From NCBI GenBank assembly GCA_016840095.1, contig JAEOSZ010000019.1, positions 1 to 37,562 on the forward strand: 37,562 nucleotides of DNA, written 5' to 3'. A program made the position numbers and the translations under genes. Positions 8,617 to 17,930 of the stretch are shown in pieces. The notes under the pieces are model-generated. The model had not been told where the DNA came from. It did no database searches and saw only the letters and a list, made by a program, of their open reading frames with translations. Every line of letters begins with the position of its first letter. Position 1 is the stretch's first letter. Origin of the DNA: Candidatus Heimdallarchaeota archaeon (lineage in GTDB: Archaea; Asgardarchaeota; Heimdallarchaeia; Heimdallarchaeales; Heimdallarchaeaceae).

Positions 8617-9540
8617 TTAAAGCTCTTTAAACGATTCAATAACTCTTTCAGCTGCTTGAACGCTAGCTCTCATATTTCCTTCCTTAGTTTGAGCTCCAAT
8701 ATGAGGACTAATAATAACATGTTCATGTTTTAGAAGAGGATTATCTGTATCAGGAGGTTCTTTTTCAAATACATCTGTACAGTAATATCCTAGTTGTCCA
8801 GATTCAAGTGCTTCAAATGCTTCTTGTTCGTTTACAATTCCTCCTCGAGCACAGTTTACAAGAACAGTTCCTGTTTTCATCAAGTTAAATTGATCTTTTC
8901 CAATCATGTTTTTTGTTTCATCTGTTAATGGAAGATGCAAACTTATATAATCTGCATTTTGGAGAATTTCTTCCATTGAACCCTTCATGTCAATAACAGG
9001 ATTTTCTGGAGCAAATTTATCGTATCCAATGGCATTCATTCCAAGAGCTTTACATTTTACAGCCAAACTTGTTCCTATTCTTCCAGTTCCAATTAATCCA
9101 AGTGTTTTACCATCTATTTCTCTTGAAAATAGTTCTTTCTTCATAGATTTGAATTTAGAGGGATCACCTTTTATTTCACATGTTCCCTTGACAACATCTC
9201 TTGTTGAAGCAAGTATCATTGTTAAAGCTAATTCAGCTACAGAATTTGTAGTGGCTGCAGGAGTATTCACAACTTTTATTCCTCTTGCCATTGTAGTTTC
9301 AAGATCAATATTATCTAGACCAACACCAGCTCTTCCTATAACTTTTAGGTTTACAGCTTTCTCTAGAAGATCTCCTCTAACTTTTGTTGCTGATCTAACA
9401 ATAATTGCATCATATTCTCCAATTATTTGGGGTAGTTCCTCTTTGGGTATGTCCCATCCAACTTTCACTTCAAATCCAGCTTCTTCTAAAATACCGATGA
9501 CTTTCTCATTTAGTTTATCAGATAGAATTACTTTTGGCAT
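8617..9540 (-). CDS. serA: D-3-phosphoglycerate dehydrogenase, short form without ACT domain
   Basis: IVRSATKV, GRAGVGLDNID, GTGRIG, NCARGG, DVFEKEP, SPHIGAQT; adjacent to a class V aminotransferase. Confidence 0.85.
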   Translation of the reverse strand: MPKVILSDKLNEKVIGILEEAGFEVKVGWDIPKEELPQIIGEYDAIIVRSATKVRGDLLEKAVNLKVIGRAGVGLDNIDLETTMARGIKVVNTPAATTNSVAELALTMILASTRDVVKGTCEIKGDPSKFKSMKKELFSREIDGKTLGLIGTGRIGTSLAVKCKALGMNAIGYDKFAPENPVIDMKGSMEEILQNADYISLHLPLTDETKNMIGKDQFNLMKTGTVLVNCARGGIVNEQEAFEALESGQLGYYCTDVFEKEPPDTDNPLLKHEHVIISPHIGAQTKEGNMRASVQAAERVIESFKEL

Positions 9541-9550
9541 TTTTTATCAC

Positions 9551-10630
9551 CTATAGTCCCCAAATTTCTTCAATAGCACTTAATAGTTCTTTCAAACCTT
9601 CTAGAGTGTGATCGCCCATGTGACCAATTCTAAAGTTCTTTCCCTTGAATGGTCCATAACCATTTGCTATTACTAAACCTTTTTCTCCTAAAGCTTTGTT
9701 TAGAGCATCGACATCCTTGTTCATTACTCTATTGTCAACTGTTGTTACTGTTACAGATCTATAACCTTCTTCAGCAAAAAGACCAAAACCATGTTTTAGA
9801 GCCCATTCGTGTGTATAGTCAGCCATTTCTTTATGTCGTTTATAGATATTTTCTGCTCCTTCTGCTAACATTTCCTTAAGTTTGTAATCTAATGAAAATA
9901 ATAAGGAGATATTTGGTGTTGAAGGTGTCTGTTTCTTTTTTGCATAGTATCCAAGTATTTCTTCTAGATTAATATATAGTCCTTTATCAGGAACTTCTTT
10001 TGCTCTGTCTAATGCAGCTTGAGATACAATTCCTACTGCAAGTCCTGGAGATATTGCAAAACATTTCTGTGTTGATGCAAATACTAAATCTGTTCCCCAT
10101 TCATCTGGCAATAACATATCGCCTGCCATTGCAGACACAGCATCTACTACCAATAGTGTTTCTGGGTAGTTTTTCAACAATTCACCTATTGCTTTAAGAT
10201 CACATTTTACTCCAGTACTGGTTTCGTTATAACAAACTGCTACAACGTCATAAGAGTCAGTTTCAACTTTTTCCTTTATCATGTCTACAGTTACAGCTTT
10301 TCCCCACTCAACTTCAAATAGTTCTGCTTCCTTTCCACTTTGTTTAATTGCTTTATGCATTCTTGAGGAAAAAGAACCATTGACACAACAGAGTGCTTTC
10401 TTATCTGGTCTAACTAAGTTTCTTGCTGTAATATCCATGAACAGTGTTCCTGAAGCTGTTAAGACTAACACATGTTGTTCAGTTCTGAAGAATTCTCTTA
10501 ATTGAGTTAAAACGCTATCATATAGCTCTGTGAAATCTTTACTTCTATGTCCAAACAGAGGTTTTGCTTGTTGTTTTAATACTTCTTCTTTAACCTCTGT
10601 AGGTCCAGGTATCCATAATTTTTTGTGCAT
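9551..10630 (-). CDS. Class V PLP aminotransferase (serine-pyruvate / archaeal phosphoserine aminotransferase type)
   Basis: IPGPTEV, GHRS, NETSTG, VDAVSA, STQKC (PLP Lys), FRIGHMG; 10 nt from serA. Confidence 0.9.
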   Translation of the reverse strand: MHKKLWIPGPTEVKEEVLKQQAKPLFGHRSKDFTELYDSVLTQLREFFRTEQHVLVLTASGTLFMDITARNLVRPDKKALCCVNGSFSSRMHKAIKQSGKEAELFEVEWGKAVTVDMIKEKVETDSYDVVAVCYNETSTGVKCDLKAIGELLKNYPETLLVVDAVSAMAGDMLLPDEWGTDLVFASTQKCFAISPGLAVGIVSQAALDRAKEVPDKGLYINLEEILGYYAKKKQTPSTPNISLLFSLDYKLKEMLAEGAENIYKRHKEMADYTHEWALKHGFGLFAEEGYRSVTVTTVDNRVMNKDVDALNKALGEKGLVIANGYGPFKGKNFRIGHMGDHTLEGLKELLSAIEEIWGL

Positions 10631-10697
10631 TATATCACCTTGTTTATCACGAATATAGAATTATACTATATAAAAAAAGGTTATTGTCAAGAGATAC

Positions 10698-11207
10698 TTA
10701 ATCTTCAGTAGAAGGTAATTTGTATAATAGTTGTTCAATTGGTCCTTTATCTATCTTAATCGGAAGTCTGTATCCACTTGAACGTCTATTTAACCACAGT
10801 TTTACACCTGAATAAACTAGAGAGGAAAATTGCAGTGCGACAGTAAAAATTAATGAAAATATTAGTATGTCACGAGGTTGTCCTTTGAAAAACAGCAAAT
10901 ATGATGAAACAGGTAGAATCAATAAACATATTGATGTCAAAGGTAAGCCAACAAAAAGGTATAGTGTTTCATTCCAGATTTGGAGAAAAGTTTTTCCTCC
11001 CTTTTCTTGCATTACAGAAATTAGAAAAACCATGAACAGTAGAACTGCTGCAATAGCTAATAGAATGAAACCAATAGCACTCAACCAAGTATTATTGAAA
11101 TACATATTCACTACTAACAGCAGTATGCCAACAATTAGGAAAAAGAATCCAAGGAATATTCCTTCACTGAAAACATTTTCTTCATTGTTTTTTATTGCTG
11201 AAAGCAT
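10698..11207 (-). CDS. Hypothetical 4-TM membrane protein
   Basis: Four hydrophobic segments; fits the intergenic space. Confidence 0.7.
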   Translation of the reverse strand: MLSAIKNNEENVFSEGIFLGFFFLIVGILLLVVNMYFNNTWLSAIGFILLAIAAVLLFMVFLISVMQEKGGKTFLQIWNETLYLFVGLPLTSICLLILPVSSYLLFFKGQPRDILIFSLIFTVALQFSSLVYSGVKLWLNRRSSGYRLPIKIDKGPIEQLLYKLPSTED

Positions 11208-11409
11208 TAAGATATTTTCTTGTACACTCCTTTAAATATTTTTCATTATCAAAAAAATTTAGAGAGATTCTTAATAATAATGACAGTTTTCTGTAGATTT
11301 TTTCCGAGCTTTATAAATAAAGTCCTTAGAATCAAGAATTTTTCTAACTAGAACCGTTTAAACTAGGTTTTTATTTGTGATTATTATGGTAAGGTTTTTT
11401 AGGTAAAGT

Positions 11410-13068
11410 TTGGAATTGAGTGTGATGGCTATTCAAGATAAAGACAAACAGAAGGAAGCCTTAGAAAAAACACTTCAAAAGTTCTCAGAATTACTACCTT
11501 CTGTTAATCCTGAAGTATCACCTGCTGAAAGAGCATTAGTTATTATTGATGGAACAGCTAAATCTAAAACAGCTGTTCTATGTGCAGGAGAACTAAACAG
11601 GCATTTTGGAACCAAAATTGACGTTATTTGTTTCTATACTGAACAACCTCCAATAAAAATAAAAGCATCTAAAGAAAGCTATGAAGATTCTCTGGCTTTT
11701 GCTTATGAGCACCTGAAAAGCGAGGATTTCGAGATTAAAGGTGAAGTTGTTGAGAATCTAGAGAACCTAAGATCTATACTTGATAATGTGATTAACACAT
11801 CAGAATATGATATTATAATAGTCCCATCCTCATTTATCGGACTTAAAGAGGTTAAAGTTGAAACAAATGGTGAAGATGATACAGAAGCAAGTATAACGGT
11901 TTTAGGAAGTTTATTTGACTACCTATTAGAAGACGTTAAAGAGATACCTGTCCTCTTGATTGAAAGCGAAAAGATTAATCTTGATTTATTGTGGAGGAAT
12001 ATCTGTTTATTCTTTACCAATACTATACAGTTAAACTATCTTATAGAAAAAGCGATTAAGTATAGTCTGAAGAAATCAGAGATTCATTGTCTGATCAATA
12101 TTGATCCCAGTTATCATGACGATAAAAGTGAAGATGAAATTGAAGCTCTTGTTAAAAAATCTAAAGAGGATTTAGAGAGATTCGAAAGAGCAAATTCAGA
12201 GGTTTTCAGAGAAGCTTCACGATATGTTGATTCGCACGTTCTTTCTACAGATAAAATCGATGTCTTCAAAAACGAATTAGCAACTTTTGGGAAAGATACT
12301 GGTATTATTATGATTTACATGCCTACTAAACATACAAGCCTTTATGGTTTCTTTACAGACTTACTAGAAGATCCAGAAATCTCTATGCCTATTCTTATAG
12401 CTAAAAGAAAAATAGTTGTTAAGAAAGAAGAAGTCAAAGAAGAAGAAGGAGACAAAGTGTCCGAAGAAAAAGAAGAAGTAAAAGAAATTCCAAAAGAAGA
12501 AGAGAAAGAAGAGGAAAAAATAGTCATAGATGAATCCTTAAAAGAATCAATCAAAGAAGAAGTGAAAAAGGATATCTTGGGAATAACTGATAAGGAAAAG
12601 GAAGAAGAAATTCCAAAGGAAGAAGAGAAAGAAGCTAAGAAAGTTAAAGAAGTTAAAGAACTTAAAGAAAAGGATAAAGAAGAGGAGGAAGAGGAAATGA
12701 CAGAAATGGACGAAATCAAAGAAGAAGTGAAAGAAGAAGTCATTGAAGAGATTAAAAAAGAAGTCGTCAAAGAAGTTAAAGCTGAACCCAAGAAAGAAGT
12801 CAAGAAAGAAGTAAGTAAGGAACTTAAGTCTGAAGAGAGTATGGAAGAGCTGAAAGAGACGATTATTGAAGAAATCAAAGAAGAGATCAAAGAAGAAATT
12901 AAGTATGAATTGAAAAAGGATCTCAAAGAACCCAAGAAAGAATTGAAAGAAAAAGTCATGGAAGAAATCAAAGAAATCAAAGTTCCAGATGAAGAAGTGG
13001 AAGAAGAAATTTCTGAAGAGGAAAAAGAAGAGGAAGAAGCGGTAGTTTCTAGAAATGACTTTGAATAA
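11410..13068 (+). CDS. Tandem universal-stress-protein (USP)-like domains plus a ~220-aa Glu/Lys-rich tail
   Basis: ALVIIDGTAKS..A, YDIIIVP..G, LGSLFDYLL..IPVLLI; the second domain ends MPILIA. The true start may be the ATG at 11425. Confidence 0.7.
   Translation: MELSVMAIQDKDKQKEALEKTLQKFSELLPSVNPEVSPAERALVIIDGTAKSKTAVLCAGELNRHFGTKIDVICFYTEQPPIKIKASKESYEDSLAFAYEHLKSEDFEIKGEVVENLENLRSILDNVINTSEYDIIIVPSSFIGLKEVKVETNGEDDTEASITVLGSLFDYLLEDVKEIPVLLIESEKINLDLLWRNICLFFTNTIQLNYLIEKAIKYSLKKSEIHCLINIDPSYHDDKSEDEIEALVKKSKEDLERFERANSEVFREASRYVDSHVLSTDKIDVFKNELATFGKDTGIIMIYMPTKHTSLYGFFTDLLEDPEISMPILIAKRKIVVKKEEVKEEEGDKVSEEKEEVKEIPKEEEKEEEKIVIDESLKESIKEEVKKDILGITDKEKEEEIPKEEEKEAKKVKEVKELKEKDKEEEEEEMTEMDEIKEEVKEEVIEEIKKEVVKEVKAEPKKEVKKEVSKELKSEESMEELKETIIEEIKEEIKEEIKYELKKDLKEPKKELKEKVMEEIKEIKVPDEEVEEEISEEEKEEEEAVVSRNDFE
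12484..12634 (+). repeat. 28-nt intragenic direct repeat encoding EIPKEEEKE, two copies
   Basis: GAAATTCCAAA(A/G)GAAGAAGAGAAAGAAG at 12484 and 12607, one mismatch. Confidence 0.7.
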
Positions 13069-13169
13069 AATAGAATAAATATAACCGTTTGATTAGCAAA
13101 TCAAACCTTCACAAAACCAAGGGAATCTTGGTATAAATCTTAAAGAGAATGAGCAGTATTGGTGATTAA

Positions 13170-14681
13170 TTGGTAAGTGTACTAGATAATTATGGATGGA
13201 TAGTAACAATCGTAATAGTACTCATTGTCCTTGCCACTATTTTACTACTTATGAAAGAGGGAGTAGATGCAACAAAAATAACAGTAACAGGAGCAGTAGT
13301 TGTTGCTTTAATTTATATGTTTTTCATGAACTGGGAATTGGGTTTTCAGGAGAATCTCAGCTATCAACATGTTCCTCATAATTTCCTAGAAGCACTAGCT
13401 CAAACGATCAATGTTGAAGCCATACTCATTATTTTCTCAGTAAGCATTATTGTAGCAATCACACGTGGAGCTGGATTCTTTGATTTCATCTCTTTATCCA
13501 TTGTAAAACTAACTAAAGGTGACCCAAGAAAATTAATGATTGCTTTAGGTGGTTTAACATTTTTTGTATCAATGTTCTTTGACAACCTATCAGCAATAAT
13601 TCTCCTTGGATCTTTAACTGTAGTTATCTGTAGACAACTAGAGTTAAGGTTAAGACCCTTCATACTTTTTGTTGGAATTAATACTATTATTGGTGGTCTT
13701 CCCACTCCTGTTTCATCTTTACCAAATATTATCTTTTTCAATTTACTTAAACCAGGTACATTGGCAAAAAATATTAGTTTTATTTCTTTCATGGGTTATA
13801 TGCTTCCAATATCAATTTTCTTCTTTGGAATAGCTACAGCTTTCTTTTTCTTTATCTATAGGAAAGACATCCTTATTGAAGTTCCTGATGAGAAAAAGGA
13901 ACAATTACGAAGAATCAATCCATGGTCAGGTATTGAGAACAGAATGAACATTTGGAAATCATTAATTATCTTAGGCTTACTTTTTGTTGGCTTCTTACTG
14001 ACAAGTATACAAGTTGATGTCACATTAATAGGTGCTGTAACAAAATCAATGTCCTCTATACAAGATGTTTCTACTAGCTCCCATGGTTTTACAAAAACCA
14101 TCTTTGAATTCCCTGATGTAGCATTTGTTGCATTAATAGTTGCAATCATAGGTATTTTTCTCTTTAGAACTGATTTGAAGCATTACATTGAAGACGGTGT
14201 AGAATGGGAGATGATTGTTTTCTTCATTGCTCTCTTTGTTTTAATGGGTGTTTTAACCGCTTCTGGAGCCTTATCTCCACTTACTAACATTATGACCAGA
14301 TTTTTAACAACGGATCCTTCAACTGGTAAAATTGCAGTAGGAGGACAACTAATTGTAGCAGTAATTATAGGAGTTGTAGGTTTACCGATAACAGGATTTC
14401 TGAACGGTTCTTCAGCAGCATTAATATTTTCATATATTTTCCAAACCTTACCAAGTGGAATTCTTCCAGGGCTTTGGATAGGATTTGTTTTAGGAGGAAA
14501 TATTGGAGGTTCTCTTTCACCACTAGGATCAATTACGATTTTAATGGCTCTTGAAATACTAAATCGAGAAGGTGACAGAATGTCCTTTTTACAATATATA
14601 GTGAAAATGTTGCCACTCACTTTATTATTTGCGGTACTTAGTATAGGTTATTCTCTGTTCTTGATAGGTGTAGGATTGTAA
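13170..14681 (+). CDS. ArsB/NhaD/SLC13 (ion transporter superfamily) permease
   Basis: SMFFDNLSAII, IGGLPTPVSSLPNII, VEWEMIVFFIALFVL, GGNIGGSLSPLGS; many TM helices; GGTGA site 4 nt before the TTG. Confidence 0.85.
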   Translation: MVSVLDNYGWIVTIVIVLIVLATILLLMKEGVDATKITVTGAVVVALIYMFFMNWELGFQENLSYQHVPHNFLEALAQTINVEAILIIFSVSIIVAITRGAGFFDFISLSIVKLTKGDPRKLMIALGGLTFFVSMFFDNLSAIILLGSLTVVICRQLELRLRPFILFVGINTIIGGLPTPVSSLPNIIFFNLLKPGTLAKNISFISFMGYMLPISIFFFGIATAFFFFIYRKDILIEVPDEKKEQLRRINPWSGIENRMNIWKSLIILGLLFVGFLLTSIQVDVTLIGAVTKSMSSIQDVSTSSHGFTKTIFEFPDVAFVALIVAIIGIFLFRTDLKHYIEDGVEWEMIVFFIALFVLMGVLTASGALSPLTNIMTRFLTTDPSTGKIAVGGQLIVAVIIGVVGLPITGFLNGSSAALIFSYIFQTLPSGILPGLWIGFVLGGNIGGSLSPLGSITILMALEILNREGDRMSFLQYIVKMLPLTLLFAVLSIGYSLFLIGVGL

Positions 14682-14704
14682 ATTTTCATTGATACAAATT
14701 CTCC

Positions 14705-15523
14705 TCACTTTTTACAATCTGGTATAGGAATACCTCTTCCAAATGCTCCATAATATAGACATACTTCTGAAGCTGACTTTGCAGCTCTTTTCAATGCTTC
14801 TTCAATTTCTGTTTTTCTCTGATACTCAACTAGAAATCGAGCTATGAATCCATCGCCAGCTCCTAACGTATCAATCACTTCTACATTGATACTAGGTTGA
14901 TGATACATATTTCCATCAAAAAGATATGCTCCATATTCTCCTTTTGTACAAATAATGATTTCAGGTCCCTTGGAATGCAGTTCTTCCATGAAGGTTTCCA
15001 GATTTTCAATCTCTTTATTTGAAATCGAAAGTATTGCAACATCCACAAAAGGAACAAATTTGTTTAGATATTCAGATGTAAATTCATCAGTAAAATCAAA
15101 TGAAAGAATTGCATTAGATGATTTTAGGGACTCTAGATATAAATCAGTTTTTCCATAATAGCTGGTATGGATAAGATCATGCTTCAACAAAAATTCTATA
15201 TCCTCAGTTGCTATTTTGAATTTTGAGCTTGCCCCTCTTCTTGTATTCCCAAATCTCCTTTCTCCATCTTGCAGAAATATCTCTGTATAGTTAGTTACAT
15301 CATCTTTGATATGAGTATGAGCTGTATTTACTCCTTCTCTATTTAAGGAGTTAAGAATTAATTCACCATATACATCTTTCCCTATCCATCCAGTATAGCT
15401 AGTTTCTATACCATATCTCTTAGCTAATACAGCAACATTAACCTCATTCCCTCCAGGATACATCTTACTCATATTTACATACTTATCTACAGTATTATGT
15501 CCTACAGTTGCTAGTTTAACCAT
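14705..15523 (-). CDS. frlD: Fructoselysine 6-kinase (PfkB family)
   Basis: N-terminal VGHNTVDKY..MYPGGNEVNVAV; DTLGAGDGF PfkB signature; translationally coupled to frlB. Confidence 0.8.
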   Translation of the reverse strand: MVKLATVGHNTVDKYVNMSKMYPGGNEVNVAVLAKRYGIETSYTGWIGKDVYGELILNSLNREGVNTAHTHIKDDVTNYTEIFLQDGERRFGNTRRGASSKFKIATEDIEFLLKHDLIHTSYYGKTDLYLESLKSSNAILSFDFTDEFTSEYLNKFVPFVDVAILSISNKEIENLETFMEELHSKGPEIIICTKGEYGAYLFDGNMYHQPSINVEVIDTLGAGDGFIARFLVEYQRKTEIEEALKRAAKSASEVCLYYGAFGRGIPIPDCKK

Positions 15524-16542
15524 TAGTAATCAACCTTACCCATATATCTTCTAATTGATTTATCATGTCCCCGAGCTTCTGAAAAATAATCCATCAAACG
15601 TCTAGTTGCTGCATCTAAAACAATAGCAGAAACAAAGGGACGAATATCTTTATCGATTCCTTCTAATTTATAGTCTTTTGAATCAAAATTGATGAACCCT
15701 CCACAGTATTTTTCTCCAAATCGTTTTACTCTTTCTGCTTCTTTGCGATGAGGTGTTTCATCAATTAGATTTATTACAGGAAAAGATTCATCTACAAGTT
15801 CAAATGGTCCATGAAAGAATTCAGCAGCTACTATAGGAGTAACATGCATCCAAAACATCTCCATAAAGGAATTATAAGCTAACATATATGCAGAATGAAA
15901 CATAGGTCCTGCTCCAACAACAAACATAGAATCATGAGAAGAGTATTCCTTTGTAAATTCTTGAATTCGTTTTTCAGTTTGTTCCAGAGCAGAATGTAAA
16001 GCAGAAGGAAGGTTCCTTAAAGATGAAATCAACTTATCATGGATATCCCAATTGTGTGGTTCGGCTTCTGAAAAATAACCACTCACTAAAGCACTTGTAA
16101 CAATGAACCGGGAATAATCTCCTAGTTTTGTATCTCCAAATAGAAGCTTTTGGTCTACATTCAGACTTAAAGGAGTATCAGCTAATCTGGTAATTCCAAT
16201 ACTATAACATGGTTTATTTTTACAATATTTTGCGGCTTTAACTATTTCAGGAGTAGTTCCAGAATAAGAACCTAGAATAACAACCGTATGTTCATCAATG
16301 AACTTTGGATCTTGATGAATAAATTCTGCAGGATAGTAAGAATAGCATCTTGTTTGAGTGCTTTTCTTCTCTATCCAATAGGTAATTGTAGACATAATGC
16401 GATAAGGAGCACCACAGCCAACGAAAACTAGTTTGGAGAATCCTTTCTCAAAGAGAATTCGTCCAAGTTCAGCTGCTTCATCAATTAGAGAAACTGCATT
16501 ATCTAAATAATGTATAAATTGAATTTTATCAATAGATTGCAT
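15523..16542 (-). CDS. frlB: Fructoselysine-6-phosphate deglycase (SIS domain)
   Basis: FVGCGA, SYSGTTPE, MEMFW, EFFHGPFE, C-terminal RRYMGKVDY. Confidence 0.85.
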   Translation of the reverse strand: MQSIDKIQFIHYLDNAVSLIDEAAELGRILFEKGFSKLVFVGCGAPYRIMSTITYWIEKKSTQTRCYSYYPAEFIHQDPKFIDEHTVVILGSYSGTTPEIVKAAKYCKNKPCYSIGITRLADTPLSLNVDQKLLFGDTKLGDYSRFIVTSALVSGYFSEAEPHNWDIHDKLISSLRNLPSALHSALEQTEKRIQEFTKEYSSHDSMFVVGAGPMFHSAYMLAYNSFMEMFWMHVTPIVAAEFFHGPFELVDESFPVINLIDETPHRKEAERVKRFGEKYCGGFINFDSKDYKLEGIDKDIRPFVSAIVLDAATRRLMDYFSEARGHDKSIRRYMGKVDY

Positions 16543-16743
16543 CGAAATTCATTTTCATATTATTGAAATAAATTATAAGATTTGTTCACTTATCTTCTTT
16601 CGAAAATACCAAAAAAAACCGATTAGTTTTGAATTGTCATTTATTTCTTAAAGGAAGAAAGTTTACTTCTGTTTGGATGTCTTGACTCATCTAATAGAAA
16701 CAATGTAGACATGAAATAAAAAAGGATTTTGAAGAAGGAAGAA

Positions 16744-17796
16744 CTAGTTTTTCTCCATCCATGTTCTTCCGTTCCAATGGGTCATGTCTTTAGTAGCTTT
16801 TCCATCTGGTTTCTTACCAACTGCTAATTCTTCTTCAGTTAACCAGTACATGGAAGGATGTTCAGTATTGTAGAGGATATTGTATGCTTGTGGCATATGT
16901 TCAACTATTACATGAGCGCTTATATCACCCTCGTAGATTTCACCATCATGTTCCATTCCAATTGGGCTTTCTAGCTCTACTTCGACCTTCTTTGCATGTT
17001 TATATTCTGTTCCTTTAAGATTCAAGTGCTCTCCTTTGAAAATCTTTTGAATGCCTAAAAGTGTCTGAAACTTAGTCATATCTCTTGAGATAAATACATC
17101 AAAGAAGTCATTTTGAGGATGTGCATGAACACAAGACAACATACCACCTCCAAGAGATTTTCCTATACCAATTGCTATTAGCATCAATCTGAAATCCATT
17201 GGATCCCCATCATCTAGAATGATTGTTCCTTTTCTTTGTTTTACTGTAGCTAATTTTTTCAAAGCAAGGAAAGTATATTTTGATGGACCTTTTATCCATT
17301 TCATCTCTCCTTCCAAGTTTCCTATATTCACTAATGATGAAATTCCAAAATCGAAACTATTCCCAAAGTATACTTCAAATTTAGTATCAGGATATTTAAC
17401 ATGTCCAATTGAAGAGGGTGAAACAGCTGTTTTTTCTAGCAATGTTCTAGCTGCATTTTCCGGATTCCATGGAATCCCCATAAAAGTGCATAAATCATTT
17501 CCTGTTCCAAAAGGCAAAACACCAAAAGCAACACTTTTTCGTTTCTGTTCAGAGAAACTCATTATACCATTTATTGCTTCATTTACAACTCCATCTCCAC
17601 TTGCAACAATTATTCTATTAAAACCATCATTAATTGCTTGTTTTGTAAGTTCTTGCCCTTGTGCTCTGTTTGTAGTAAAAACAACATCATAATCAATCCC
17701 ACTTTCCTTAATCACTGGTTCAGCTTTTTCCCACCTTTTGGGACACAAACCTGATCCAGCATTTGGATTAACGATAAATTTCCATTTAAAAGCCAT
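16744..17796 (-). CDS. Diacylglycerol kinase-family (YegS/DAGKc) lipid kinase
   Basis: IVNPNAGSG, SGDGVVNEAING, LPFGTGND, GGGM, HDGE. Confidence 0.9.
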   Translation of the reverse strand: MAFKWKFIVNPNAGSGLCPKRWEKAEPVIKESGIDYDVVFTTNRAQGQELTKQAINDGFNRIIVASGDGVVNEAINGIMSFSEQKRKSVAFGVLPFGTGNDLCTFMGIPWNPENAARTLLEKTAVSPSSIGHVKYPDTKFEVYFGNSFDFGISSLVNIGNLEGEMKWIKGPSKYTFLALKKLATVKQRKGTIILDDGDPMDFRLMLIAIGIGKSLGGGMLSCVHAHPQNDFFDVFISRDMTKFQTLLGIQKIFKGEHLNLKGTEYKHAKKVEVELESPIGMEHDGEIYEGDISAHVIVEHMPQAYNILYNTEHPSMYWLTEEELAVGKKPDGKATKDMTHWNGRTWMEKN

Positions 17797-17930
17797 GAAA
17801 GCTATTTTTATTCAACCTACTTATAAACTCTTCATCATTCTCTGTTTATATAACGATGGAAATAGTTTTCCAAAAAGCTAAAATTAGCTAAAAACTTAAT
17901 TATAAATCAAACCTAGTTAGAAGTGATAAT

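Noticed and set aside
12342-12980. 212-aa Ser/Phe/Leu-rich minus-strand ORF
   Set aside because: Mirror of the GAA/AAA-rich tail on the plus strand, which is depleted of antisense stops
12420-13040. Purine-rich repetitive DNA considered as a CRISPR array or satellite
   Set aside because: No fixed repeat-spacer periodicity; explained by Glu/Lys codons
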